A stretch of DNA of 64,000 nt from Octopus bimaculoides (lineage: Eukaryota), in NCBI RefSeq assembly GCF_001194135.2, contig NC_068984.1:40578086-40642085 (forward strand). Direction: 5' to 3'. The notes beneath the pieces are model-generated. The model worked only from the letters and a program-made list of their open reading frames with translations, was not told the origin of the DNA and did no database searches. Of this stretch, positions 23,175 through 35,830 are shown piece by piece. Position numbers and translations under genes: made by a program. Positions within the stretch are counted from its first letter, which is position 1. Each line of letters starts with the position of its first letter.

Positions 23175-23478
23175 ATATGGCCAAATGATTAGCAAGTGCG
23201 CTTCGTAACCACTGCGTGACATCAAAGACAATTGTCATTTTCTTCAACCTCGAGTCGACCCATATCTTGTGAGTGAAATTGAGTTGACGGAAACTGTATG
23301 GAAGCTCGTTGGGTGTATTATACACTTAACTAAAAGCGAATCAACTTTGTCGCACACTATGTCACTCTGTTAAGGGTACACGGTACTGTGAAATACCCAG
23401 CCACATGTTAAACCAGGAGCAGGTAATACAGTTGATCAAACAACTGAATGCTCATCGTCGAACAATGAAGGTCTGCCA

Positions 23479-23480
<2 letters not shown>
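23175..23480 (+). mobile_element. Degenerate chimeric SINE: family D head and core joined to a family A-type 3' module
   Basis: 'ctcgagtcgacc...ttgtgagtgaaatt...gacggaaactg' (D), then 'ttgtcgcacactatgtcac...gttaagggtacacgg...cagccac...gttgatca...tcgtcg' (A). Confidence 0.6.
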
Positions 23481-23552
<72 letters not shown>

Positions 23553-23782
23553 NNNNNNNNNNNNNNNNNNNNNNNNNNNNNNNNNNNNNNNNNNNNNNNN
23601 NNNNNNNNNNNNNNNNNNNNNNNNNNNNNNNNNNNNNNNNNNNNNNNNNNNNNNNNNNNNNNNNNNNNNNNNNNNNNNNNNNNNNNNNNNNNNNNNNNNN
23701 NNNNNNNNNNNNNNNNNNNNNNNNNNNNNNNNNNNNNNNNNNNNNNNNNNNNNNNNNNNNNNNNNNNNNNNNNCCCCCCCCC

Positions 23783-23857
<75 letters not shown>

Positions 23858-25252
23858 GGAGAAAGATACACACAGAGGGAAAGAGAGTTAGATAGATAGA
23901 CAGATAGATAGATAAATAGAAAGATACATCGTTATATGCTTCTTATGTATTACACATACACACAAACACGCACATATTTAGGTATATGAGAAACATATTT
24001 ATATATATAATAGTACACAATAAAGCAGAAAGAGCCTACTCAGTTATTATCTTTTTATGGTAACTCTGAAAGTAAGCGTCTTTAAATCTCGGCGGTATAT
24101 TAGTTATAATATTATTTCAATTAAAGTATGTGTAGTGCAAGCCACAAGAAATGACTTTGCATAACTGGAATGGAACGATTTATAATTACATACAATCAAT
24201 TAGAAACTTGGGAGCCTCTCACATCCAAAATATGAATCATACATTAATCAACTGTACATTTTAATAAGAGACTATGTGATGCCAGGTAGCTTAAAACAAT
24301 TTAAGAAATCGATTATCATTATTATTGTTATAATTTATTTTGTTGTTTTCTTTTTTAACACGCAAGCAATTTCCCGCATACTATTGGGAAAAATTATGGT
24401 ACGAAAATAATAAATCTATTAAGAGTGCAGCAACAAATTTTTAGCTGTCTGAAATCTAATTATGATAAATAATTAAATTTCAGGCAGTGAAAACCCATTT
24501 CGATGATAGGGATTAAATGGATATTAAAATGGTAATATTGAAAACTATACTAAATAAGAGAAGCAGAAGTAATAATTGCTTCATTGGAACGAGGCATTAC
24601 AGGCCTGAGAATGTTTTTAAATGTTACAGTATTAACATTACTTCACCTATGAGGCCGATTTAGAGAAAGCGTGTAAAATATTTTGTTAGGATGCGTTAGC
24701 CTTCACTAAGAACCGTAAAAAAATGTAATACATCTGAGAACAAACTAAATTAAATGACGTCAAATTTATAAAATCGCTGAAATGAACTATGCCTGGACAT
24801 GGCAGACATTTATTATTGAATTGTTGAAATATTTGTAGCGAGACTCCTGCTGAGTTTTGATATATTACTCTCAGATTTCAGAAGCACAAGCTGCCATACA
24901 ACTATAAAAAGAAATGTACCGCCATGAAAAACATTAACGTCCATGTAAATATGGCCCGAGCAACCAGTATTGGCTGACTTGTTATAGTTAATACGGCAAA
25001 CTTCAAATGAAGTGTGCGAGTTCCCCGCTAAATGCCTTTATCGAAAGTTCTAGAAAACTTTTACTAATGGTTACAAAAACTAGCGAATTCAAGCCATGAC
25101 GAGAGTCACCCAGCAGTCCATATGAAGCTATGTCGCTTTGCTCAGTGAGATTTTCTCTTGCCTACTTTTTGATATTTAATATGTTATGTTCGGCAAAAGG
25201 TACCGATCGAGAAATTTCGTGTTGGATCATTCACGCATTACTTACATGCAGT

Positions 25253-25635
25253 GTGGAGGCGCAATGGCCCAGTGGTTAGGAAAGCGGACTCACGGTCATA
25301 GGATTGCGGTTTCGATTCCCAGACCGGGCGCTGTGAGTGTTTATTGAGCGAAAACACCTAAAAACTCCACGCGGCTCCGGCAGGGGATGGTGGCGAACTC
25401 TGCTGTACTCTTCCACCACAACTTTCTCTCACTCTATCTTCCTGTTTCTGTTGTTCCGGTAATTCAAAGGGTCAGTCTTGTCACACTGTGTCACACTGAA
25501 TATCCCCGAGAACTACGTTAAGGGTACACGTGTCTGTGGAGTGCTCAGCCACTTGCACGTTAATTTCACGAGCAGGCTGTTCCGTTGATCAGATCAACTG
25601 GAACCCTAGTCGTCGTAAGCGACGGAGTGCCAACA
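25253..25635 (+). mobile_element. SINE family A, full length, 13-bp TSD
   Basis: ACTTACATGCAGT at 25240-25252 and 25636-25648. tRNA-like head and (CAA)n tail. Confidence 0.95.
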
Positions 25636-26789
25636 ACTTACATGCAGTAGTTCTAACTATTTCCACTTATTCCGACTTTAATAATCATGAGCTACTTTCA
25701 AAATCTTACTTAGTATCTATCTAATTATATTTATCATCGCATTTATTTTGTTCCTTAAGTCAAATATTTGTGCACATATAGACGTTCCGAGTTACAATAA
25801 ATGGAAACTCAGAAAAACATTAGCGTGGTCTAGCTGGCCATCACATGTCTACTTAATGTTGTACACCACCAACGACGAAATAATAACTGAAGACCTGCTA
25901 CATGTTAACTCTGCTGCATACGTCTGCAATATGAGCGACAACAATTGAACGAAGATGCTGCTAGATTAGTTTCCTAAGAACTGCAAAAGAATCAAAGAAG
26001 ATAACGAACGAAGTACAGACATAAATTGAATATAGTTGACAAAAATTGCAAAAATTATGGAATAATATCAAGTAGAGAAAGCAATAGCCAATGTCAAAAT
26101 AATTCGAGGTATAAATATGTTGTAAAGTTGGACAGTTTTCAAATCAATTCTATAGGTATTACGTATAGCTGACGATGCAAATAATTTGTGTAAATTCACA
26201 GCAATCAGGTTGTTCACCAACTCTCAAATAGCAAACAAGATATAATTTAATGTGATTAAAACTAATAGTACCTTAATAATGTACGCAGAGATATAAATAC
26301 AACATAATGTCTCGCAGAAACGATATTGAATTAAGGAATTCTGGAATATGAGAAATAAATCCATAATTCCATTTGCAATTGTAACTAACGGAATGAGGCA
26401 ATCGATTGCGTATACTCACCACTTTGATAACTTTAAATAACTGAAAAGGCATATGGAAGGACGTTTTAGTAAGAAAGTTTTTAAAGAATTCTTTCAAATT
26501 ATTTCGGTATTTTTGTTATTGTTAATATTGTTTCCATAGATATCATGGAAAGTAAACGTGTTTTTCAGTTACGTTAGTGTAGCTAACAAATCCTTTACAT
26601 CAGCAACAACAACCACAGTTAACTCTTTGTTAATTATGGATAACCTGACACTATTTCGGAAAAACCTGGAACTGATTGATGAACTCTGTTCATATATTTT
26701 ACTATTTTATAAATAACTAACAGGAATGTTGGTTGTGTAAATGGGGATATTGTTTGTATTGGAAAGTATGCTACTGACTAGCGGAGAAA

Positions 26790-27050
26790 GTAAAGGTAAG
26801 GTAAAGTTACCTTCTCGAGTCATGTCAGTTCATAAGGGCCGGCTTCCCGGTTTCATGGCGTATAAATTCCCCACCTGACGGGATGCCGGTCCGGCACAAG
26901 ATTACTCATTTCTGTCAGCTGAGTGAACTGGAGCAACGTGATATGAAGTGTTTTGCTCAAGAACACAATGCGTTGTCCGGTCCAGGAATCGAAACCACAA
27001 TCTTACGATCATGAGTCCGACACCCTAACCACTAAACCACACACCTCCAC
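26790..27050 (-). mobile_element. SINE family C, full length
   Basis: Minus strand has the A box TGGTTTAGTGG, the B box GGTTTCGATTCC, the C core and the tail 'ggtaactttaccttacctttac'. Confidence 0.88.
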
Positions 27051-27526
27051 CGACGGAGAAAGTCCAGATCTATTAAGGAACATATTTATAAATAGCTTGA
27101 CATTATAGAGTTTAATGAAGTGAAAGAGAAAGAAATAACATGCAAGTTTGTGAATGAATATTTCAGAAAGCTTAGATTAATGTTCAAACTGAAATCATAT
27201 TTGAACAAAATCGTGACAATCAACGCCGAGGTTATTAAGTTACTGAAATATGAGTGTAGTTAGATGCCAAAATAATGAAACAGAAATTATAATGAACAAA
27301 GATTAGTTTCAATTGAAAAAAAAAATGAAAATTAGAAAGTTATCAATAATCTGCAGTATGTTTCACCTGGAAAACTGTGGTAATCGGTTATGTGTAAAAA
27401 AAAACATTCGTGGCCTTCTTTCTTCAGTCAAGTTACCAGAAGTCCTTACAGTTTCGGGCAGTTACACACACATATATGTGTGTGTGTGCGTGTGTGCGTG
27501 TGTGTATGTATGTAGATTTATACATG

Positions 27527-27557
<31 letters not shown>

Positions 27558-28424
27558 CTGTCACTACTATATTTCTTCCTTCTGTCACTACTATATTTCT
27601 CCCTTCCTCTCTTTCTCTCGTTGCTCACCTATTCTTCTACTTCCTCCCTTTGTTTCTCCCTCTACCACTCTCTCTCTTCCTTACCCCTCCCTGGTCATAT
27701 GCTTCCGGTCACTAATCCTTTTCTTCCTTGGCTATCGCCGAGCAAACACGCGTACTTACTTCGTCCCGGCTTTCAGTTCGTGCCTCACAGCGTTCATATA
27801 CACATAGTTTTTCACGTCTGGCCGCATAGCCTTTTCCGTTTGTTTTCCTGTCTTGTTTTTTTGTCCGCCACTACATTCCTCCATGGCACAGGTTTAATTT
27901 GTGCATACAAATTTAATTTGCGGTCTNNNNNNNNNNNNNNNNNNNNNNNNNNNNNNNNNNNNNNNNNNNNNNNNNNNNNNNNNNNNNNNNNNNNNNNNNN
28001 NNNNNNNNNNNNNNNNNNNNNNNNNNNNNNNNNNNNNNNNNNNNNNNNNNNNNNNNNNNNNNNNNNNNNNNNNNNNNNNNNNNNNNNNNNNNNNNNNNNN
28101 NNNNNNNNNNNNNNNNNNNNNNNNNNNNNNNNNNNNNNNNNNNNNNNNNNNNNNNNNNNNNNNNNNNNNNNNNNNNNNNNNNNNNNNNNNNNNNNNNNNN
28201 NNNNNNNNNNNNNNNNNNNNNNNNNNNNNNNNNNNNNNNNNNNNNNNNNNNNNNNNNNNNNNNNNNNNNNNNNNNNNNNNNNNNNNNNNNNNNNNNNNNN
28301 NNNNNNNNNNNNNNNNNNNNNNNNNNNNNNNNNNNNNNNNNNNNNNNNNNNNNNNNNNNNNNNNNNNNNNNNNNNNNNNNNNNNNNNNNNNNNNNNNNNN
28401 NNNNNNNNNNNNNNNNNNNNNNNN

Positions 28425-28484
<60 letters not shown>

Positions 28485-29084
28485 TGTGTAAGTATGTATG
28501 TATGTAAATTCTTTCATTGTCACTATGCTCATGACACAGTTCCGAACTTACATACCTGGAGGCAGTGTAGATAAGAAAAAATGACAAAGAATAAAAATAT
28601 AAAAATGAAACCCTAATGGAGATTGGATCGATGAGAAATATCATCAATATGACCGAGGGGAAAAAAACATTAGGGAAGTTTTCTGCATACTAAATATATT
28701 TGTATCAGAGTCTCACATATGTCATATACTGAGGTGAAAAACTTCGACTAATGTTATTCACAGAGTAAAGAAAAATCGATAAGAAAACTCTCCCCAGGTG
28801 AAGTTATAACCTGAAAAAAGAAAGCTTTAAAAACAAAATTATAATAATTTAAACTAGTAAGATCATTCCTGTGAGATCAGCTGACTGAAATTATTGGGAA
28901 AATATAGAAGACCAAATACAGAGGTACTCGTCATTGCCAAGATGCCTAATATCTACAAACTAACTTAACTTCTAAGCATGTTTTTTTGTGAAACTCTTTG
29001 CATGTAATTATATCAGCACATATACACACGCACCGCATACGCGCGCGGACACACACGCACGCACACACGCACGCATGCACGCGT

Positions 29085-29130
<46 letters not shown>

Positions 29131-29450
29131 GCACACACATATATGCACGCACATGAACACGGGCGTGCACACACACATACAAACATGCACATACACCCAC
29201 AGGCGCGCGCGCGTATAGACATACACATAGTGTGTTTAAGCCGGACCAGAGTTCCAGGCCTATCAGAACCGGCTTAAATGAGCTATTGCTTTCTGCATTT
29301 GTACGAAATATTCTTTCACCGGATCGTTACCCCATTTCAAATAGATATACATATATATGTGTGTGTGTGTGTGTGTGTGCATGTATAAATGTAGCTAGAT
29401 AGATAAGTATATGTCTACTCATACACACGCACATATATCATGCACACATG

Positions 29451-29484
<34 letters not shown>

Positions 29485-29485
<1 letters not shown>

Positions 29486-30175
29486 GAAGATGTGCTGCAA
29501 AGTTTCTGGCTTTAAGAGTATCGCGAAAGGGTAGAGCTGTTACCTTTTCAGGATAGGTAGAACAATTATTTAGGAGAAAATGTGGAAAAAAGCATGATGG
29601 CATACAATATATCTTTCTCTTTTTACAGATTTAACGCATAATGGTAGTTTCTGCTGTAGATTTTGGTCAAATTGAAGCACAGGTGGTCATGAATTTTCTG
29701 TTTTTGCAAGGCAAAAGAGCGGCGGAAACGTATGGCGATGTGAAGAAAGTGTTGAAGGATGGCCACCCAGCTTACTCCACAGTGAAAATCTGGGTGTCAG
29801 GATTTGGCACTGGTCATTTCGAGGTCACAAATGAACCCAGGTCAGGACGGCTAACTTCAACAACCACAGAGGACAAAGCCAACGCTGTGCGCGTCATGAT
29901 TCTAGAGCACCGCCTATGCCAACAAAAATCACAGCTGCGACCTTGGGTATTTCCCGAGAAAGAGTTGGCTACGTCAAGCGCAACTTTCTAGACAGGAGAA
30001 AGCTTTCCACAAGATGGTTGCCGAAATGCCTGAACGTAGATGAGACGTGCATCAGAGTAACAACATCAGAGGCGATTTTGGATCGATTTGCAGTGGGAGT
30101 GGCTGATTTTATGGCTCGTTTACTCATCATGAATGAAATTTGGCTTCATCATTATGATCCCCAGACGAAACACCT
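29485..30175 (+). mobile_element. Mariner transposon 5' remnant (irritans-like) with left terminus
   Basis: AYSTVKIWVSGFGTGHFEVTNEPRSGR (HTH region), RKLSTRWLPK (WVPR-like), NEIWLHHYDPQTK (DETWLHHY-like). TIR-like 'cgaagatgtgctgcaaagtttct' at 29485. Confidence 0.88.
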
Positions 30176-30497
30176 AGCTGTAAATAAGTAACCGGCCCCA
30201 CGGCACAGTAATATCTACTTACAGTGAGAAATAGATGTGCAGTTTGACAGGTTACACAACTGAGATCAAATCACTTCACAGCATGTATTTCAGCTTGTCT
30301 TTAGCTAATTTCCTTTCATTTCCTACTAATGGAACGGCAGCTAGTTTGTCGAGAAACTTTTAGTACTGATGTACTCCGAACAATAGGAAGAAGTAGAGAA
30401 GTGTATATTGGTTAATGAACATGGATGCTTATATCTGTGTATATATGAATATATGTATGTCTTATCTGTGTATGTTCCTGCGTGTGTATGTGTATTG

Positions 30498-30532
<35 letters not shown>

Positions 30533-31696
30533 NNNNNNNNNNNNNNNNNNNNNNNNNNNNNNNNNNNNNNNNNNNNNNNNNNNNNNNNNNNNNNNNNNNN
30601 NNNNNNNNNNNNNNNNNNNNNNNNNNNNNNNNNNNNNNNNNNNNNNNNNNNNNNNNNNNNNNNNNNNNNNNNNNNNNNNNNNNNNNNNNNNNNNNNNNNN
30701 NNNNNNNNNNNNNNNNNNNNNNNNNNNNNNNNNNNNNNNNNNNNNNNNNNNNNNNNNNNNNNNNNNNNNNNNNNNNNNNNNNNNNNNNNNNNNNNNNNNN
30801 NNNNNNNNNNNNNNNNNNNNNNNNNNNNNNNNNNNNNNNNNNNNNNNNNNNNNNNNNNNNNNNNNNNNNNNNNNNNNNNNNNNNNNNNNNNNNNNNNNNN
30901 NNNNNNNNNNNNNNNNNNNNNNNNNNNNNNNNNNNNNNNNNNNNNNNNNNNNNNNNNNNNNNNNNNNNNNNNNNNNNNNNNNNNNNNNNNNNNNNNNNNN
31001 NNNNNNNNNNNNNNNNNNNNNNNNNNNNNNNNNNNNNNNNNNNNNNNNNNNNNNNNNNNNNNNNNNNNNNNNNNNNNNNNNNNNNNNNNNNNNNNNNNNN
31101 NNNNNNNNNNNNNNNNNNNNNNNNNNNNNNNNNNNNNNNNNNNNNNNNNNNNNNNNNNNNNNNNNNNNNNNNNNNNNNNNNNNNNNNNNNNNNNNNNNNN
31201 NNNNNNNNNNNNNNNNNNNNNNNNNNNNNNNNNNNNNNNNNNNNNNNNNNNNNNNNNNNNNNNNNNNNNNNNNNNNNNNNNNNNNNNNNNNNNNNNNNNN
31301 NNNNNNNNNNNNNNNNNNNNNNNNNNNNNNNNNNNNNNNNNNNNNNNNNNNNNNNNNNNNNNNNNNNNNNNNNNNNNNNNNNNNNNGTGATGGTGGTGGT
31401 GATGGCAGTAGTGATGGTGGTGGTGATGGCGGCGATTGTGGTAGTGATACTTCAGGTATGGTTGATGGTTGTAGTGATGACGGTGATGATGAAGGAGGTG
31501 ACAGTAGTGGTGGTAGTATCGGTGCCGGTGGTGCAGACGGTGCTGAAGGTGCTGACGGTGCTGACGGTGAACGTTTAAAGGAAAGCAGTCTACTTAAGGC
31601 GTCTTACCCGTAATTGTCTCAACACGCACCTAGCATGCATGGCTTCCACTCATCTTACCTCTCTGCCTCTTCACCACCACCACCACCACCACCACA

Positions 31697-31742
<46 letters not shown>

Positions 31743-31904
31743 GAACATACCCCTTCATCTCTTTATCCATTTCAGTATTCCTGCGTCTTTTCTTTTTTCT
31801 CTCTTCAAACTCTCACTTCCCCCCTCTCTTTATTCCTTTCTTAATATTTATCTTTCTTAATCCTCCTCTTCCTTCCCCCTCCATGCTTATTTCTTCTTCT
31901 TCTT

Positions 31905-32000
31905 CTTCTTCTTCTTCTTCTTCTTCTTCTTCTTCTTCTTCTTCTTCTTCTTCTTCTTCTTCTTCTTCTTCTTCTTCTTCTTCTTCTTCTTCTTCTTTCT
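31905..32000. repeat. (TTC)n microsatellite within a long polypyrimidine tract
   Basis: Visible directly. Confidence 0.95.
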
Positions 32001-32557
32001 TTCTTTCTTTCTTTCCTCCTTCCTCCATCTCTCCTTTTTCTTCCTTCCTTCTTCCTCTCCTTCCTCTTCCCTCTTCATTTCTTCTTCTTCTAATATGTTT
32101 TGTAATGCGAGAAGACATCGAGTTGCGCAGGGGCAAACGCAGTAAGTGAGGCTTGCCTTCAGAAGTGGAGAGCTACTCTTATTGCATTCAAGGTCTTTTG
32201 TTCCCCGTGTTTTTGTTTTCTTTTTTTTGATCGGTGCAAGCCGAATAAGCTGTGTGTTTGCATAAGCTTGATGACAGCATACAGCTTAATAATAAATAAT
32301 AGATTGGAAGTAGAGTTGTTGCACCGACCAAGTGAGCAAATGAACATTTGCCTCAAGAGACTAAGTCATCTTTTGCATATACATATGTAAAGGATGATGT
32401 TTTTTCCTAAGGAGCTTTTGATGCCTTTCTAAACTATAACTGCAGTTTACTGCATTTCGTTGATTATTTTACAAAATAGGTGCCACTTTGCCGCTCTCAC
32501 GCCCTCTCTCCATCTACCTGGCACTACAATTTTCTCTCTCTCTCTATCTCCTCTCCT

Positions 32558-32595
<38 letters not shown>

Positions 32596-33042
32596 NNNNN
32601 NNNNNNNNNNNNNNNNNNNNNNNNNNNNNNNNNNNNNNNNNNNNNNNNNNNNNNNNNNNNNNNNNNNNNNNNNNNNNNNNNNNNNNNNNNNNNNNNNNNN
32701 NNNNNNNNNNNNNNNNNNNNNNNNNNNNNNNNNNNNNNNNNNNNNNNNNNNNNNNNNNNNNNNNNNNNNNNNNNNNNNNNNNNNNNNNNNNNNNNNNNNN
32801 NNNNNNNNNNNNNNNNNNNNNNNNNNNNNNNNNNNNNNNNNNNNNNNNNNNNNNNNNNNNNNNNNNNNNNNNNNNNNNNNNNNNNNNNNNNNNNNNNNNN
32901 NNNNNNNNNNNNNNNNNNNNNNNNNNNNNNNNNNNNNNNNNNNNNNNNNNNNNNNNNNNNNNNNNNNNNNNNNNNNNNNNNNNNNNNNNNNNNNNNNNNN
33001 NNNNNNNNNNNNNNNNNNNNNNNNNNNNNNNNNNNNNNNNNN

Positions 33043-33085
<43 letters not shown>

Positions 33086-33306
33086 ATGTATATGCATGTG
33101 TGTGTGTGTGAGTGTGTGTAATTATATTATAAGTAAATTAGATGACATAAGAATAAACGATTACCTTATGAACTTCATTAGCTTACAGTTAGTTATTTCT
33201 TCTATAGTTTGCAGTAGACTCATAGTTGAGCGCTTCAGTTACAACTTATATTGTCATCGGAGCCTCGTATGTGAAGTGCAATATTCCTCAAACCAATAGT
33301 CTATCA

Positions 33307-33340
<34 letters not shown>

Positions 33341-33433
33341 GCATAAACATATGACCATATGCATACAGACACATATGTGTGTATGTATGTATGTATGTAT
33401 GTATGTATGTATGTATGTATGTATGTATGTATG

Positions 33434-33484
<51 letters not shown>

Positions 33485-33676
33485 TAGGATCCAGCTGTAT
33501 GAAGTTAGTAAGCTTCGAGCGGTTCGTAGAAGGTATAAAAATCAACTTTCAGGAACAATAGTGGTTTAATGACGTAGAATGTTGTAGATTTTTCCCATAT
33601 CGAAGTTCGATAAGCTGAAAAAAGTTATTTTATAGCTTACTGTTAGCACCTGGGGCTGTTGTGTATGAGAATAAAA

Positions 33677-33916
33677 ATCCAAATTAAGCGAACGGGGTAG
33701 ACAAAATCCAGGCTACATATGTTTCCTAGCCAGTAGAACCTCGAATGAAGTAATTACCCTAACATGGGGTATTCTGTTAACTACTCATCAAGCCAAAGAT
33801 ACCTTAGTCAAATGAAGATTACATTGTTGTCAAGGGATCCCATGTTACCTCACAGGAGATTTGACTGAAGCCATATGTAGCCTGGATTTTACCTACCCCG
33901 TTCCTTAAATTTGGAT
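33677..33916. mobile_element. MITE with 45-bp terminal inverted repeats
   Basis: 33677-33721 versus the reverse complement of 33872-33916: 40/45 identical, ungapped. No ORF inside. Confidence 0.85.
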
Positions 33917-33939
33917 ATATAGTGAGACTTTACAAAAAA

Positions 33940-34135
33940 AGAAAAAAAAAAAGAAAAAAGAAAAGACGAAGACGGGTGTGTAAACAACAAACAGATGTAT
34001 TAGTTTAACGGTCGGGAAGTGAGAAAGTCTTTTACGTTTCGAGCGTACGCTCTTCGACAGAAACGAACACAGAAATAAACAGGGACAGAAAACAGAAAAA
34101 GGTTTAGTGACTAGCAATCTATCATGACGAATTAT
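33940..34135 (-). mobile_element. Repeat family G (hammerhead-bearing), best copy
   Basis: Minus strand 34066-34027 reads TTT-CTGTCGA-A-GAGC-GTAC-GCTC-GAAA-C-GT-A-AAAGAC. Confidence 0.6.
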
Positions 34136-34735
34136 ATATATATATATATATATNNNNNNNNNNNNNNNNNNNNNNNNNNNNNNNNNNNNNNNNNNNNNNN
34201 NNNNNNNNNNNNNNNNNNNNNNNNNNNNNNNNNNNNNNNNNNNNNNNNNNNNNNNNNNNNNNNNNNNNNNNNNNNNNNNNNNNNNNNNNNNNNNNNNNNN
34301 NNNNNNNNNNNNNNNNNNNNNNNNNNNNNNNNNNNNNNNNNNNNNNNNNNNNNNNNNNNNNNNNNNNNNNNNNNNNNNNNNNNNNNNNNNNNNNNNNNNN
34401 NNNNNNNNNNNNNNNNNNNNNNNNNNNNNNNNNNNNNNNNNNNNNNNNNNNNNNNNNNNNNNNNNNNNNNNNNNNNNNNNNNNNNNNNNNNNNNNNNNNN
34501 NNNNNNNNNNNNNNNNNNNNNNNNNNNNNNNNNNNNNNNNNNNNNNNNNNNNNNNNNNNNNNNNNNNNNNNNNNNNNNNNNNNNNNNNNNNNNNNNNNNN
34601 NNNNNNNNNNNNNNNNNNNNNNNNNNNNNNNNNNNNNNNNNNNNNNNNNNNNNNNNNNNNNNNNNNNNNNNNNNNNNNNNNNNNNNNNNNNNNNNNNNNN
34701 NNNNNNNNNNNNNNNNNNNNNNNNNNNNNNNNNNN

Positions 34736-34777
<42 letters not shown>

Positions 34778-34869
34778 ACACACACATACACAAACACATA
34801 CTGGAAAACTGAGAGAGTGCTTGCATGACTTCTTGAAAAAATCGCAATCAGGTTGAAGCAGCCAATTGA

Positions 34870-35830
34870 GCCCCCTCTAAGGAGACAGTAATAGCAAATG
34901 GAGCGCGTTAGGGAACACTCTTGGGGCCTCTGCTGTTTGTGTGGCCCTCTCAGACATACTGTCAGTTACAGGCAGCCACAAATGTAGTACAAGAAGTCAA
35001 GAATCTCCACAATACTAATCTTCTACAGAAAGATGTAGATACCATAAATAAATGGAAGCAACATGCAATTTAATGCGGGGAAAAGTCCATGCTAACTGCT
35101 ATCGACCAGCTTGTGCTAACATGCAGCAGTGAAGATACTTTGGACCAAAAGGAGCGGCAATCCCAGAGGGAAATACAATGCATGATCTGGAGACAGTATG
35201 AGCAACAACAACTCGTTTCATTTGCATATCACCAAGATGGTGAATGGCCGGATTTTGAGAACTTTCAGAACAAGGAACCAGAACACTATGCAGGTTCTAT
35301 GGGAGACATTTATCCTCGGCTATCAAGACAACTGCTCTCAACTGTAATCAGATTGATAGCGGAACTTGAGGCAGTTCAACGCTGCTACACCAGGAAGATT
35401 GTATCAATGGAACTGTTGGGCTACCAAGAGAGACTGAAAGAGTTACGACTCTACACTCTGGAGCGAAGACGGGAGAGATAAGCTGTAATATACGCATGGA
35501 AGATTCCAAAAGGATGGCATCAAACTTTGGCAACGAGTGTTATACCAACCACTAAACAGGACGTTACTGCTCTGTTCCTGAGGTCCTACTCATTCCGTTT
35601 AGAGTAAGGATAAGGTACTGCAACAGCTTAGGATTCAAAGTCTTATAACTATTTGATATTTTGCCAAAACACGTGAGAGATCTACATGGAATTGAGGTCG
35701 ATATTTTCAAGAAGCACCTTGATCTATTGTCCACGATTCCAGGTGAGCGTCAATCACAGTAAAAAAACTCAAAGGAGACAGCTTTTTCAAACTCCCTCAT
35801 TCACCAAAAGGCAACCATATAGGACTGGCC
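34870..35830 (+). mobile_element. CR1/Jockey-group LINE 3' remnant (RT motifs and C-terminus)
   Basis: 'gggaacactcttggggcctctgctgttt' (QGT.LGPLLF-like), LEAVQRCYTRKI...ERLKELRLYTLERRRER, YCNSLGFK...LPKHVRDLHG. Confidence 0.85.

Noticed and set aside
25700-26530. A-rich block with short protein-like runs, possibly an old PLE or other TE
   Set aside because: No diagnostic motif could be read in any frame.
27557-27604. 24-bp tandem duplication here and a 30-bp tandem unit at about 56891-56950
   Set aside because: These are ordinary slippage products at microsatellite edges with no further structure.
31388-31600. Gly/Asp-rich reading (DGGGDGS...GADGAEGADG) resembling a structural protein
   Set aside because: It is a degenerate (GGT/GAT)n tract with a short 9-bp repeat at a gap edge, and it has no splice or start context.
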